From Prevotella sp. (GTDB lineage Bacteria > Bacteroidota > Bacteroidia > Bacteroidales > Bacteroidaceae): a stretch of 64,000 bases of DNA. The notes under the pieces are model-generated. The model made no database searches. It was given only the letters and a program-made list of their open reading frames with translations, and was not told where the DNA came from. Shown in pieces: positions 9,222 through 17,156 of the stretch. How positions within the stretch are numbered: position 1 is the first letter of the stretch; each line of letters starts with the position of its first letter. The stretch spans positions 3,101 through 67,100 of the forward strand of contig JAZUMR010000014.1 in NCBI GenBank assembly GCA_045603685.1, in the 5' to 3' direction. The translations under genes were made by a program, and so were the position numbers.

Positions 9222-9794
9222 CTACCATAGCAGCAGCAGTCCGGCGAAAGCTGCCATCAGCAGCATCTTGATAGGGTTTACCTTCACCCAGAATGTGCCG
9301 ATGAATGTTGCTGCGAATATTGCTAACGATATGTAGAAATGCCACGGACTGGCAGGGGTGTAGAAGTTGTCGGCGTTGCAGAGCAGCAGTGCAGCAGCAG
9401 CGAGCATGCCTACCACCGCAGGACGCAGTCCGGCAAAGACACTCTGCATGGTTCTGGTGTGCATGTATTTCATGAACATCTTGGAAATCAGGAGCATAAG
9501 AATAATGGAAGGCAGCACGAGCGAGAATGTGGCAATCACGCTGCCAAGCATCGACATAGTCTCACCGTAGCCCGCATTATGCACGACGGTATATCCGCAA
9601 TAGGTGGCAGTGTTTATACCTATCGGCCCTGGCGTCATCTGCGATATCGCCACGATGTTAGTAAATTCTGCCGATGTCATCCATTGATGGCGCACTACGA
9701 CCTCTGTCTGTATGAGCGACAGCATGCCGTAGCCTCCTCCGAAGCCGAAGAGACCTATCTGAAAGAATGTTATAAACAGCAGCAGGTATAGCAT
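9222..9794 (-). CDS. chrA: Chromate transporter family protein (short ChrA, downstream member of a pair)
   Basis: 190 aa, multi-pass membrane protein, with FGFGGGYGMLSLIQTEVV..WMT..EF. Confidence 0.8.
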   Translation of the reverse strand: MLYLLLFITFFQIGLFGFGGGYGMLSLIQTEVVVRHQWMTSAEFTNIVAISQMTPGPIGINTATYCGYTVVHNAGYGETMSMLGSVIATFSLVLPSIILMLLISKMFMKYMHTRTMQSVFAGLRPAVVGMLAAAALLLCNADNFYTPASPWHFYISLAIFAATFIGTFWVKVNPIKMLLMAAFAGLLLLW

Positions 9795-10064
9795 ATTTTT
9801 TTATAGTTGACGAGTTGATTGTTTAGTTGACGAGTTGATTGATTAGTTGACAAGTTGACAAGTAAACGAGTAGACAAGTTGATTGATTAGTTGACAAGTT
9901 GACGAGTAGACAATTTGATTGATTAGTTGACGAGTAGGTTCGCTTTCATCTTTCATCTTTCACCTTTCCGTTTTCCTCTTTGCCAGCTTTCCGCTTTCAG
10001 TTTTCACCTTTCAGCTTTCCGTTTTGCCATCATTCGCTGCTCATGCTGACGAAGCTTCGCTTTC
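9795..10064 (-). repeat. Composite interspersed repeat, family A copy 2, filling the whole spacer between the two ChrA genes
   Basis: 20-bp units AGTTGACGAGTTGATTGWTT, then GTTGACAAGT units, then a GAAAG-rich array, then the core end cgctgctcatgctgacgaagcttcgc (10035-10060). It abuts the ATG at 9794 and overlaps the last 7 codons and the stop of the upstream gene. Confidence 0.85.
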
Positions 10065-10616
10065 ATCATTGTCTGACAGCAGCCCGTAGACGTATCCTCC
10101 GGCAGCGGCAACGATGATGATATATATCGGATTGACCCCCATGAGCCATATCAGCATGGCGGAGACGACTGGTATCCAGCAATTGGAGAATGTTATCTTA
10201 GCCGACTTGGCAAGGGTGAAGACAGGTGCAGCGATAAGCGCCACAACCGCCGGACGTATGCCGTTGAAGCATGATGCCACCCACCCCACATCCTGAAACT
10301 GATGGAAGAACATGGCTATGAGCAGTATGATGACAAACGAAGGGAGAGCCGAACCTAAGGCGGCAAGCAGCGCGCCTGGTGTGCGGCGGAGCCTGTAGCC
10401 TATGAACGTGGCGATATTGACAGCGAAAACACCGGGGCATGACTGCGCCACAGCAATGAGGTCGAGAAATTCGCTGCGCTCTATCCATCCTCTTCGCTCC
10501 ACGACATCGCGCTCTATTAGCGGTATCATAGCATATCCGCCACCAAGGGTGAATGCCCCGATGCGCAGGAATGTGCAGAATAACTGCCAGGAGATATTAT
10601 GCGATAGATTTGCCAT
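10041..10616 (-). CDS. chrA: Chromate transporter family protein (short ChrA, upstream member of a pair)
   Basis: GAFTLGGGYAMIPLIERDVVERRGW. I place the start at ATG 10616 (MANLSHNISW). The track start at 10628 is a TTG that lies inside the -7 box. Confidence 0.8.
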   Translation of the reverse strand: MANLSHNISWQLFCTFLRIGAFTLGGGYAMIPLIERDVVERRGWIERSEFLDLIAVAQSCPGVFAVNIATFIGYRLRRTPGALLAALGSALPSFVIILLIAMFFHQFQDVGWVASCFNGIRPAVVALIAAPVFTLAKSAKITFSNCWIPVVSAMLIWLMGVNPIYIIIVAAAGGYVYGLLSDNDESEASSA

Positions 10617-10625
10617 ATATGGGTG

Positions 10626-10633
10626 CAAAGATA
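10626..10633 (-). promoter_or_regulatory. -7 box TATCTTTG, 9 nt upstream of the ChrA ATG (near-leaderless mRNA)
   Basis: The + strand reads caaagata at 10626-10633. Confidence 0.55.
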
Positions 10634-10849
10634 ATAAAAATAATTCGTGCTGGCAAATTTTGCATGGCGGTTAATAGTTTTTTTGTTTCTCAGAGAGTAT
10701 TCATCACACCATAAGGACTAAGCAATCAGAAAGTAAAGACTGAGTAATTACCACAGGAAACGACGCAAATAACGGCACAATGGGTGGGAATATATACATT
10801 ATATAATAATAAATAGCGGCAGAAAGAAGCGTTTCTCGTTTTTTATTTG

Positions 10850-10857
10850 TAATTTTG
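10850..10857 (+). promoter_or_regulatory. -7 box TAATTTTG upstream of the helicase gene
   Basis: Exact TAnnTTTG motif. It places family A copy 3 inside a roughly 210-nt 5' leader. Confidence 0.5.
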
Positions 10858-10878
10858 CATGAAGAACGTCTAAGCCGC

Positions 10879-11012
10879 AGGCTTCGTCAGCATGAGCAGC
10901 GGACGTCAAACGCAGTACGGGAGAAGCTCGTAGCGTTTTGGGGGTGTGAATAGCACATGCTGGCAACTGGACAACGGCAACGTCAACGGGGACGGGAATG
11001 AGGGCAGGGACG
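10879..11012 (+). repeat. Composite interspersed repeat, family A copy 3 (core plus CAACGG-type simple array), opposite genomic orientation
   Basis: aggcttcgtcagcatgagcagcggacgtcaaacgcagtacgg..catgctggcaa is the reverse complement of the copy 1 core, with substitutions. Confidence 0.75.
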
Positions 11013-11077
11013 GACTTGCTCCATCTATGCCGAGAAGCGAAAGGCTATAAAGACACAAAGCGGAAGAACAAGGACTG

Positions 11078-12976
11078 ATGAGCTACACAAACCCCATACT
11101 GGAACTGGAGAAGCAGAAGATACTGCTGGCAAAGGAATACGAAGCGGAGCGCGAAGCATTCCAGCAGCAGACTGAGGCGCATGGCATTGGCCGCAAACTG
11201 CGTCGCGGCGATGCGTGGTGGCCGCTGACTACGGGCAAGGCGTACTATAACTCGCTGAACCAATACTGCATTGAGGTGCATCGGCAGCATGACGATGACA
11301 CCGACCATAACTTCGAGTATGGGCGTCCGATATGTTTCTTCCGCCTCAACAGCACAATTACTGACGGTAAAATCGTTGCTGCCGCTGGCGAGAAACCACG
11401 ATATATGCCGTTCACAGCCACTGTCTCGTATGTCGAAGGCGACCGTATGGTGGTGGCGCTGAACAGCGAGAGCCATGCCGCAGAACTGCTGCAGGCGGCT
11501 GGACTGGGTGTGCAACTGTCGTTCGACGAGACATCATACCGGACGATGTGCGACGCTCTGGAGCGTGTGACACGCAGCCGCGGCAACCGTCTGGCATATC
11601 TGCGCGACCTATTCTACACTGACATGCCAGCACAGCGGTATACATTCGGCGACATACGCCTGCCGTGGCTAAACCCTACTCAGGAGCATGCGGTGAACGA
11701 AGTGCTGCGGGCAAAGGATGTAGCCATCGTACACGGCCCTCCTGGAACGGGCAAGACAACGACTCTCGTAGAGGCTATCTTCGAGTGTCTGCAGAAGGAA
11801 AACCAGGTCATGGTGTGCGCACAGAGCAATATGGCTGTGGACTGGATTAGCGAGAAACTTGTAGACCGCGGCATTCCGGTGCTGCGAATAGGCAATCCGA
11901 CACGTGTGAATGACAAGATGCTGTCGTTCACCTACGAACGCCAGTTTGAGGCTCACCCTGACTACGAGCAGTTGTGGGCGCTGAGAAAAGCCATGCGTGA
12001 GCTGCGCAAGAGCCGCCGACGCGGCGATCGCTCATACCATCAGAAAATGGACCGCCTGCACTCACGTGCCACAGAACTGGAGATGAGCATCACGCAACAG
12101 TTGTTTGGCGAGGCGCGTGTGATAGCCTGCACACTCGTAGGTGCTGCCAACCGTCTGCTGGAAGGGCAGAAATTCAACACGCTCTTCATAGACGAGGCGG
12201 CGCAAGCCCTTGAGGCTGCATGCTGGATTCCCATACGCCGGGCATCGAGAGTGGTGTTTGCCGGCGACCATTGCCAGCTGCCTCCTACCGTGAAGAGTTA
12301 CGAGGCAATGCGTGAGGGGCTGGGCGTGACGCTTATGGAGCGCATCGTAAAGCAGAAGCCGGAGGTGGTCACACTGCTGAAGATGCAGTACAGAATGAAC
12401 GAAGACATCATGCGCTTCTCGTCAGAATGGTTCTACAAAGGACAGGTAGAGTCGGCTCCGGAAGTCAGGAACCGCTCCATACTCGACTACGACATACCTA
12501 TGCTGTGGATTGACACTGCCGACATGGCATGCCGCGAGGAGTTTGTGGGCGAGTCATACGGCAGAATAAACAAGACGGAGGCACGCCTTACAATAGCTGC
12601 GCTGCAACTGTATTTCGACAAGATAGGCAAGGAGCGAATCATAGAGGAGCGCATTGATGTGGGCATCATATCGCCATACAGAAGCCAGGTGCAGTTTCTT
12701 CGGCAGATGATAAAGAAGGATGCGTACTTCAAACCGTTCCGCCACCTTATCTCGGTGAATACCGTCGACGGATTCCAGGGGCAGGAACGTGATGTGATAA
12801 TGATTTCGCTGGTGCGCGCCAATGATGAGGGGCAGATAGGATTCCTGCGTGAACTGCGCCGTATGAATGTCGCTATCACACGTGCGAAAATGAAACTGAT
12901 AATACTGGGCGATGCGCCTACCATGACGCACCACCCTTTCTATAAGAAGCTTTATGAATATATTGACTCTCTCTGA
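11078..12976 (+). CDS. Superfamily 1 DNA/RNA helicase, Upf1/DNA2/IGHMBP2-like
   Basis: 632 aa. Motifs GPPGTGKTTT (Walker A), FIDEAAQA, VFAGDHCQLPPTV, MQYRMNEDI, VDGFQGQERDVIMISLVR and NVAITRAKMKLIILGD. Confidence 0.9.
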   Translation: MSYTNPILELEKQKILLAKEYEAEREAFQQQTEAHGIGRKLRRGDAWWPLTTGKAYYNSLNQYCIEVHRQHDDDTDHNFEYGRPICFFRLNSTITDGKIVAAAGEKPRYMPFTATVSYVEGDRMVVALNSESHAAELLQAAGLGVQLSFDETSYRTMCDALERVTRSRGNRLAYLRDLFYTDMPAQRYTFGDIRLPWLNPTQEHAVNEVLRAKDVAIVHGPPGTGKTTTLVEAIFECLQKENQVMVCAQSNMAVDWISEKLVDRGIPVLRIGNPTRVNDKMLSFTYERQFEAHPDYEQLWALRKAMRELRKSRRRGDRSYHQKMDRLHSRATELEMSITQQLFGEARVIACTLVGAANRLLEGQKFNTLFIDEAAQALEAACWIPIRRASRVVFAGDHCQLPPTVKSYEAMREGLGVTLMERIVKQKPEVVTLLKMQYRMNEDIMRFSSEWFYKGQVESAPEVRNRSILDYDIPMLWIDTADMACREEFVGESYGRINKTEARLTIAALQLYFDKIGKERIIEERIDVGIISPYRSQVQFLRQMIKKDAYFKPFRHLISVNTVDGFQGQERDVIMISLVRANDEGQIGFLRELRRMNVAITRAKMKLIILGDAPTMTHHPFYKKLYEYIDSL

Positions 12977-13691
12977 CCTCAGCATCGGCTACGGCAAGAC
13001 CGTAATAGCCGAGCGGCTGAACGGCGAACTGCATTCGGGCGAACTGACCTGTCTGGTGGGACGCAACGGCATCGGCAAATCGACGCTGCTGCGCACGCTT
13101 GCCAGATTCCAGCCTGCGCTGGGCGGTATGCTACAAATAGCCGGACGAGACATAAACACGCTGTCACGCAAGGAGTTGTCTATGCTGGTCAGCATAGTCA
13201 TGACGGCACGTCCTGATGTGCAGATGATGACAGCAAGAGAGGTGGTGGCGCTGGGCCGTTCGCCGTATACGAACATCTGGGGCACGATGAGCGAGAAAGA
13301 CCATAGCATTGCTGACAGATGCATAAAGGAGGTTGGTGCGGAGCATTTGGCTGACAGACGCATCAGCACACTGTCTGACGGAGAATGCCAGAAAGTGATG
13401 ATAGCGAAGGCTATGGCGCAGGAGACACCGATAATAATCCTCGACGAACCGACCGCTTTCCTCGACTATCCGTCGAAAGCGGACACCATGCGGCTGATAA
13501 AAGACATGACACGGAGGACTGGCCACTATGCCGCAGCACAGTCACCCGCAGCACTTCTCTCCACCCACGACATGGAAATGGCGCTGAAAACAGCCGACCG
13601 CCTGTGGGTGATGACATCTGACCGCCAACTGGTGTGCGGCACAGTGGAGGAAGTGAAGGATATACTAAAAGAAGAAAGACTAATGCCATGA
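12954..13691 (+). CDS. ABC transporter ATP-binding protein (FepC/BtuD-like), with no permease or binding-protein partner in the window
   Basis: 245 aa. Walker A GRNGIGKST, signature LSDGECQK, Walker B IIILDEPTAFLD, H-loop STHD. Overlaps the helicase stop by 23 nt. Confidence 0.85.
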   Translation: MNILTLSDLSIGYGKTVIAERLNGELHSGELTCLVGRNGIGKSTLLRTLARFQPALGGMLQIAGRDINTLSRKELSMLVSIVMTARPDVQMMTAREVVALGRSPYTNIWGTMSEKDHSIADRCIKEVGAEHLADRRISTLSDGECQKVMIAKAMAQETPIIILDEPTAFLDYPSKADTMRLIKDMTRRTGHYAAAQSPAALLSTHDMEMALKTADRLWVMTSDRQLVCGTVEEVKDILKEERLMP

Positions 13692-15049
13692 TGAAACAAA
13701 CAGGACTTATAACATCAGCATTCACACTGTTAGCAATGCTGTGCCTGCTCTCTATCCCAGCCTATGCAGACAGCGGCAAATGGCTGAGCGTGACTACTGG
13801 CAGCGAGATAGGCTACACCACCTACAACAATCCGAAGCAGCCAGCACTCGACTACAGCGGGAAGAGAATGACTGTGGTGTATCTTACAAACCTCACATGC
13901 GAGAAGATAGGACGCGTGAGCAACAAAGAGAACATACAATGGCTGCTGGATGAGGGCTATCAAGTGATAGAACTGGACTACGGGCATCATGCCATGACGG
14001 TGTCGCCATACATAAACCGCGACATCATAGCCATAAACAAGGAGCTCAACAAGGGGGAGTTCTGCGGCATGGGGAATATCTCTGCCGACCGTGCATACAT
14101 CCTGTTTGAGGGCTACCGCATACGCCGTGACGTGGCATACTGCAAGGACGACCCGACGGTATACAACTATCCGGAGGAATACAAGACCATGGAGGGCGAC
14201 ACGCTGTATATGGATATTGTCTATCCGGAGAGACCTTCACGCCGTGTGCCTACAGTGCTGTCGTTCGCATACAGCAACAGTTACGCTGGTACGGCTGGCG
14301 AGGGATACACCAGGAAATACCGGCATAAGCGCATGTTCTTAGGATATACATTGGCAATGTTCAACGACTCGTTTCTCGAGGGTGCTCCGGCGGCTGGCAT
14401 GGCATGGGCTATTGCCGACCATCCGAAATACTGCGACTGGGGACGCGGCAACCGTTCAGACGGCAGGCAGAAGGAGTTCGGCTCGATAGAGATTAATCCT
14501 GACGCTGCAAGGAAAGTGCATGCCGCCATCCGTAAGTTGCGCTCCGAAGGCAGGAAACTGCGGTTGGGAAAGGGCGTTGCGCTCTACGGATTCTCAAGAG
14601 GCTCTACTGCGGCATCGCTTGCCATTGGCGATGCGCCTCACAAGGAATGGACGAAAGCGGCAGACGGGCTGAGCGGCAAAGGCAGCAGCAAGATACAGGC
14701 GGCGCTGCTCGGGCCGGGAGTGTTCGACTATGCTGCCATGTCGGAGTCAAGCCGTGAATACAAGAACATGTCGACATACTGCTCTTCAGCATCTGACGCC
14801 AAGGCTGCATGGGAGCAGCAGGGCGGAATATACGGCATAAAGCGAAGAAGCGTGCCGTGCTTCCTGTTCTATAACACAACGGACGATGCTGAATACGCCA
14901 CACAGATGAAACGGCTGACGAGTCTGATGGACAAGACTGGTTCAAGATACGAAATGCTAATAGACTATGGCACAGGGCATTCCGTACCGCAAGAGACAGA
15001 ACATCTCAGACAGATGTACTCTTTCTTGAAGAGTGTGATGAGGAAATAG
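13688..15049 (+). CDS. Secreted alpha/beta-hydrolase-fold esterase (putative)
   Basis: I chose the start at ATG 13688 (MMKQTGLITSAFTLLAMLCLLSIPAYA, a signal peptide), which overlaps the ABC stop as ATGA. Nucleophile elbow GFSRGS, and GTGHSVP near the C-terminus. Confidence 0.65.
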   Translation: MMKQTGLITSAFTLLAMLCLLSIPAYADSGKWLSVTTGSEIGYTTYNNPKQPALDYSGKRMTVVYLTNLTCEKIGRVSNKENIQWLLDEGYQVIELDYGHHAMTVSPYINRDIIAINKELNKGEFCGMGNISADRAYILFEGYRIRRDVAYCKDDPTVYNYPEEYKTMEGDTLYMDIVYPERPSRRVPTVLSFAYSNSYAGTAGEGYTRKYRHKRMFLGYTLAMFNDSFLEGAPAAGMAWAIADHPKYCDWGRGNRSDGRQKEFGSIEINPDAARKVHAAIRKLRSEGRKLRLGKGVALYGFSRGSTAASLAIGDAPHKEWTKAADGLSGKGSSKIQAALLGPGVFDYAAMSESSREYKNMSTYCSSASDAKAAWEQQGGIYGIKRRSVPCFLFYNTTDDAEYATQMKRLTSLMDKTGSRYEMLIDYGTGHSVPQETEHLRQMYSFLKSVMRK

Positions 15050-15117
15050 AACAGACGAATAGGAAAATCCGAACACGCTATAGGAATTTTCCTCTTGCCT
15101 TATTCGTGAACATTCGT

Positions 15118-15125
15118 TAACTTTG
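15118..15125 (+). promoter_or_regulatory. -7 box TAACTTTG upstream of the lipoprotein gene
   Basis: Exact motif, 90 nt upstream of the ATG at 15215. Confidence 0.5.
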
Positions 15126-15214
15126 CAAACAGAAAAGATAAGCTGGGAGGCACAACGCAATGCTGCTGACGGCTGTCACAAGAAAAAATAATAACAACTA
15201 AAAAACATACGACT

Positions 15215-15835
15215 ATGAAAAAGAGATTACACGCAATGCTGACAGCCGTAATGCTGGCTGCTCTTTCTTTCTCGTTCACATCATGCGAAGACGAGTCAAT
15301 AGCAAGCTCACTGCAGGGCACATGGGAGGGAAACATGTATATATCAAGCGAATGGAACGGCCGTGTATATAACGCTACATACACCGAGATAGAGTTTCTG
15401 CTCGACCCATTCCGCTATACAAAAGGCTCAGGCTACTGGGTTGACCACTACAGCGGAGCACCGTGGGACTATATCGCAAACCATATTGACTGGCGTGTAG
15501 ACGACCAAGTGATAACCGTATACTTCAGAGAAGAGAACACATCTATTCAGATATACGACTACCGCCTGAGCGACAACTACTTCAGGGGAACGATATACGA
15601 CAACGGAAACTATGTAGATTTCTCTCTCGTACACACTTCTTCACCAAACTGGGAGTATGAATACGACTACTGGGGCTATGACGACTGGTACTACTACGAC
15701 GGCTGGTACGGCTATTCTAAGAAGCAGAACAGCATGGAGTTCGACGGCATAGAGATGACTCCTGACAGCATCGGAAACGACAGCACAAAGCCTTCAATAG
15801 AGAAGCCTCGCAGATTTGTTAGGGCAAAAGAATAA
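15215..15835 (+). CDS. Lipoprotein of unknown function with a W/Y/D-rich low-complexity segment
   Basis: Lipobox LSFSFTSC. Contains NWEYEYDYWGYDDWYYYDGWYGY. No family recognised. Confidence 0.7.
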   Translation: MKKRLHAMLTAVMLAALSFSFTSCEDESIASSLQGTWEGNMYISSEWNGRVYNATYTEIEFLLDPFRYTKGSGYWVDHYSGAPWDYIANHIDWRVDDQVITVYFREENTSIQIYDYRLSDNYFRGTIYDNGNYVDFSLVHTSSPNWEYEYDYWGYDDWYYYDGWYGYSKKQNSMEFDGIEMTPDSIGNDSTKPSIEKPRRFVRAKE

Positions 15836-15875
15836 TATAACGAACAGGAAAATATCATACTGAGAATCTAAACGC

Positions 15876-15910
15876 ATCCCTCTGGTCTACCCGCCAGAGG
15901 GATTTTTCTT
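15876..15910 (+). terminator. Rho-independent terminator
   Basis: Stem atccctctgg (15876-15885) paired with ccagagggat (15894-15903), followed by tttttcttt. Confidence 0.8.
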
Positions 15911-16116
15911 TGCCACGCCATGCTTATAGCGGCTGTCTTGCTGGCCGCACATCGCTTGCCTCCCTACCCTCATAGGCTGAAACATAATGGACATGCTCAC
16001 AGGATACAGACATGCAGCGGCATTATGCGTCTGTTTTAATAGGGAGAAATATACAGGCGAGCGCAGAAAAAAGGCAAATATAGTCCTGCCGGGTCGGATA
16101 TTTAGAGAATAATTTG

Positions 16117-16124
16117 TATCTTTG
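16117..16124 (+). promoter_or_regulatory. -7 box TATCTTTG upstream of the GNAT gene
   Basis: Exact motif. The ORF-track TTG start at 16122 sits inside it. Confidence 0.5.
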
Positions 16125-16160
16125 CACAGAAAGAACAATTACGTAGAACATATAACAGAC

Positions 16161-16688
16161 GTGCGAATACAAACATCACCACATACCGGCAAAGAACGCA
16201 GAATACGCCTGTCAACTCCCGGCGACCTGCATGTCATCCTCCATCTGATAGACTGCGGACGGCAGAAAATGAGGGATACGGGCAACATGGAGCAATGGGC
16301 TGACGGCAGTCCGGCAGAAGAACAGATAGTGCAGGATATAAATGAGGGGTGCAGCTATATCGTAGAAGAGGACGGCACACCCATCGCCACCTTCGCATTC
16401 ATAGCCGGTCCTGACGTGACCTACAGCAAGATATACGACGGAGAGTGGGCGGACGACACGCAGCCGTATCATGTCATACACCGCATAGCCAGCGAGCACG
16501 GAGCTCACGGAGTGTTGAAAGATGTGCTCAACTACTGTTTCGGCGTGTGCGGGAACATACGCATAGACACCCACCGCGACAATGTCATCATGCGAACTGC
16601 ACTGAAGAAATACGGTTTCGCCTACTGCGGAATAATCTATCTGCTCAACGGAGCAGAACGCCTGGCATTTCAGCGGTGCCTCGTTTGA
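16161..16688 (+). CDS. GNAT-family N-acetyltransferase (start uncertain)
   Basis: IRLSTPGDLHVILHLI..YIVEEDGTPIATFAFI..HRIAS..GVLKDVLNYCF..IRIDTHRDNVIMRTALKKYGFAYCG. The track start at 16122 overlaps the promoter box. GTG 16161 is the first plausible start that keeps the N-terminal strand; the first in-frame ATG (16269) would delete it. Confidence 0.7.
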   Translation: MRIQTSPHTGKERRIRLSTPGDLHVILHLIDCGRQKMRDTGNMEQWADGSPAEEQIVQDINEGCSYIVEEDGTPIATFAFIAGPDVTYSKIYDGEWADDTQPYHVIHRIASEHGAHGVLKDVLNYCFGVCGNIRIDTHRDNVIMRTALKKYGFAYCGIIYLLNGAERLAFQRCLV

Positions 16689-16851
16689 TAAGTATATGCC
16701 TGCAAGAAAATAATGGCTGAAGGGCTAAACACTCTCTCAACTACTGACAACACTTCGCGACTGGAGAGCTGAACGCTGTGTCACATGCAAACAAAGTTCC
16801 GTGACTGAAAGGTAAACTCCTGTGAACAGAAAGAAAAACACTCTGTGGCTG

Positions 16852-17040
16852 GAGAACGATACACGCTGGCTGAGAACACAGCACAGTATGGATAGTGAGC
16901 GAAATACGCTGGCTGAGAACACAGCACAGTGTGAATAGTGAGCGAAATACGCTGGCTGAGAACACATCACAGTGTGAACAGTGAGCGAAATACGCTGGCT
17001 GAGAACACAGCACAGTATGAATAGTGAGCGAAATACGCTG
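16852..17040. repeat. 43-bp tandem repeat, about 4.4 units
   Basis: The unit gtgagcgaaatacgctggctgagaacacagcacagtgtgaata starts at 16895, 16938, 16981 and 17024, with a degenerate unit from 16852. Confidence 0.9.
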
Positions 17041-17096
17041 TCAAGCAATAAAGACATACAGCATTCAGTGCGCTATCTGTGGCGAACTGAAACGAA

Positions 17097-17132
17097 GAAA
17101 GCCTCATCTGCATTGCTGCAAATGAGGCTTTC
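17097..17132. terminator. Bidirectional terminator downstream of tsf
   Basis: gaaagcctcat (17097-17107) pairs with atgaggctttc (17122-17132); both flanks are T-rich. Confidence 0.8.
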
Positions 17133-17156
17133 TGTTATTTATGTATTCTCCGCTGA

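Noticed and set aside
9800-9940. Array of TTGACA/TTGACG hexamers as stacked sigma-70 -35 boxes.
   Set aside because: Bacteroidetes housekeeping promoters use TTTG/TAnnTTTG rather than TTGACA/TATAAT. No matching -10 or -7 partners are present, and the array lies inside an operon.
11078-13691. Helicase plus ABC-type ATPase as a Gabija-, PARIS- or Septu-like defence module.
   Set aside because: The ATPase is a compact 245-aa importer-type NBD with a canonical signature motif and no coiled-coil, TOPRIM or nuclease domain. The helicase is the conserved Upf1/IGHMBP2-like type. The third gene is secreted. No mobile-element or island context.
16122-16160. ORF-track N-terminal extensions taken at face value: GNAT 16122, chrA 10628, tsf 18221, rpsB 19153, rplM 20236, 13634, 32617, 35658, 40042, 53614, 56841 and 62574.
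   Set aside because: The extensions begin at alternative start codons or upstream ATGs that overlap promoter boxes or upstream genes, and they add non-homologous residues ahead of canonical N-termini or signal peptides. I trimmed the starts accordingly.
16852-17040. Possible CRISPR array (regular 43-bp periodicity); likewise the 65-bp array at 20886-21100.
   Set aside because: The whole unit is repeated with no unique spacers, there are no cas genes in the window, and the unit sizes are wrong for repeat-plus-spacer.
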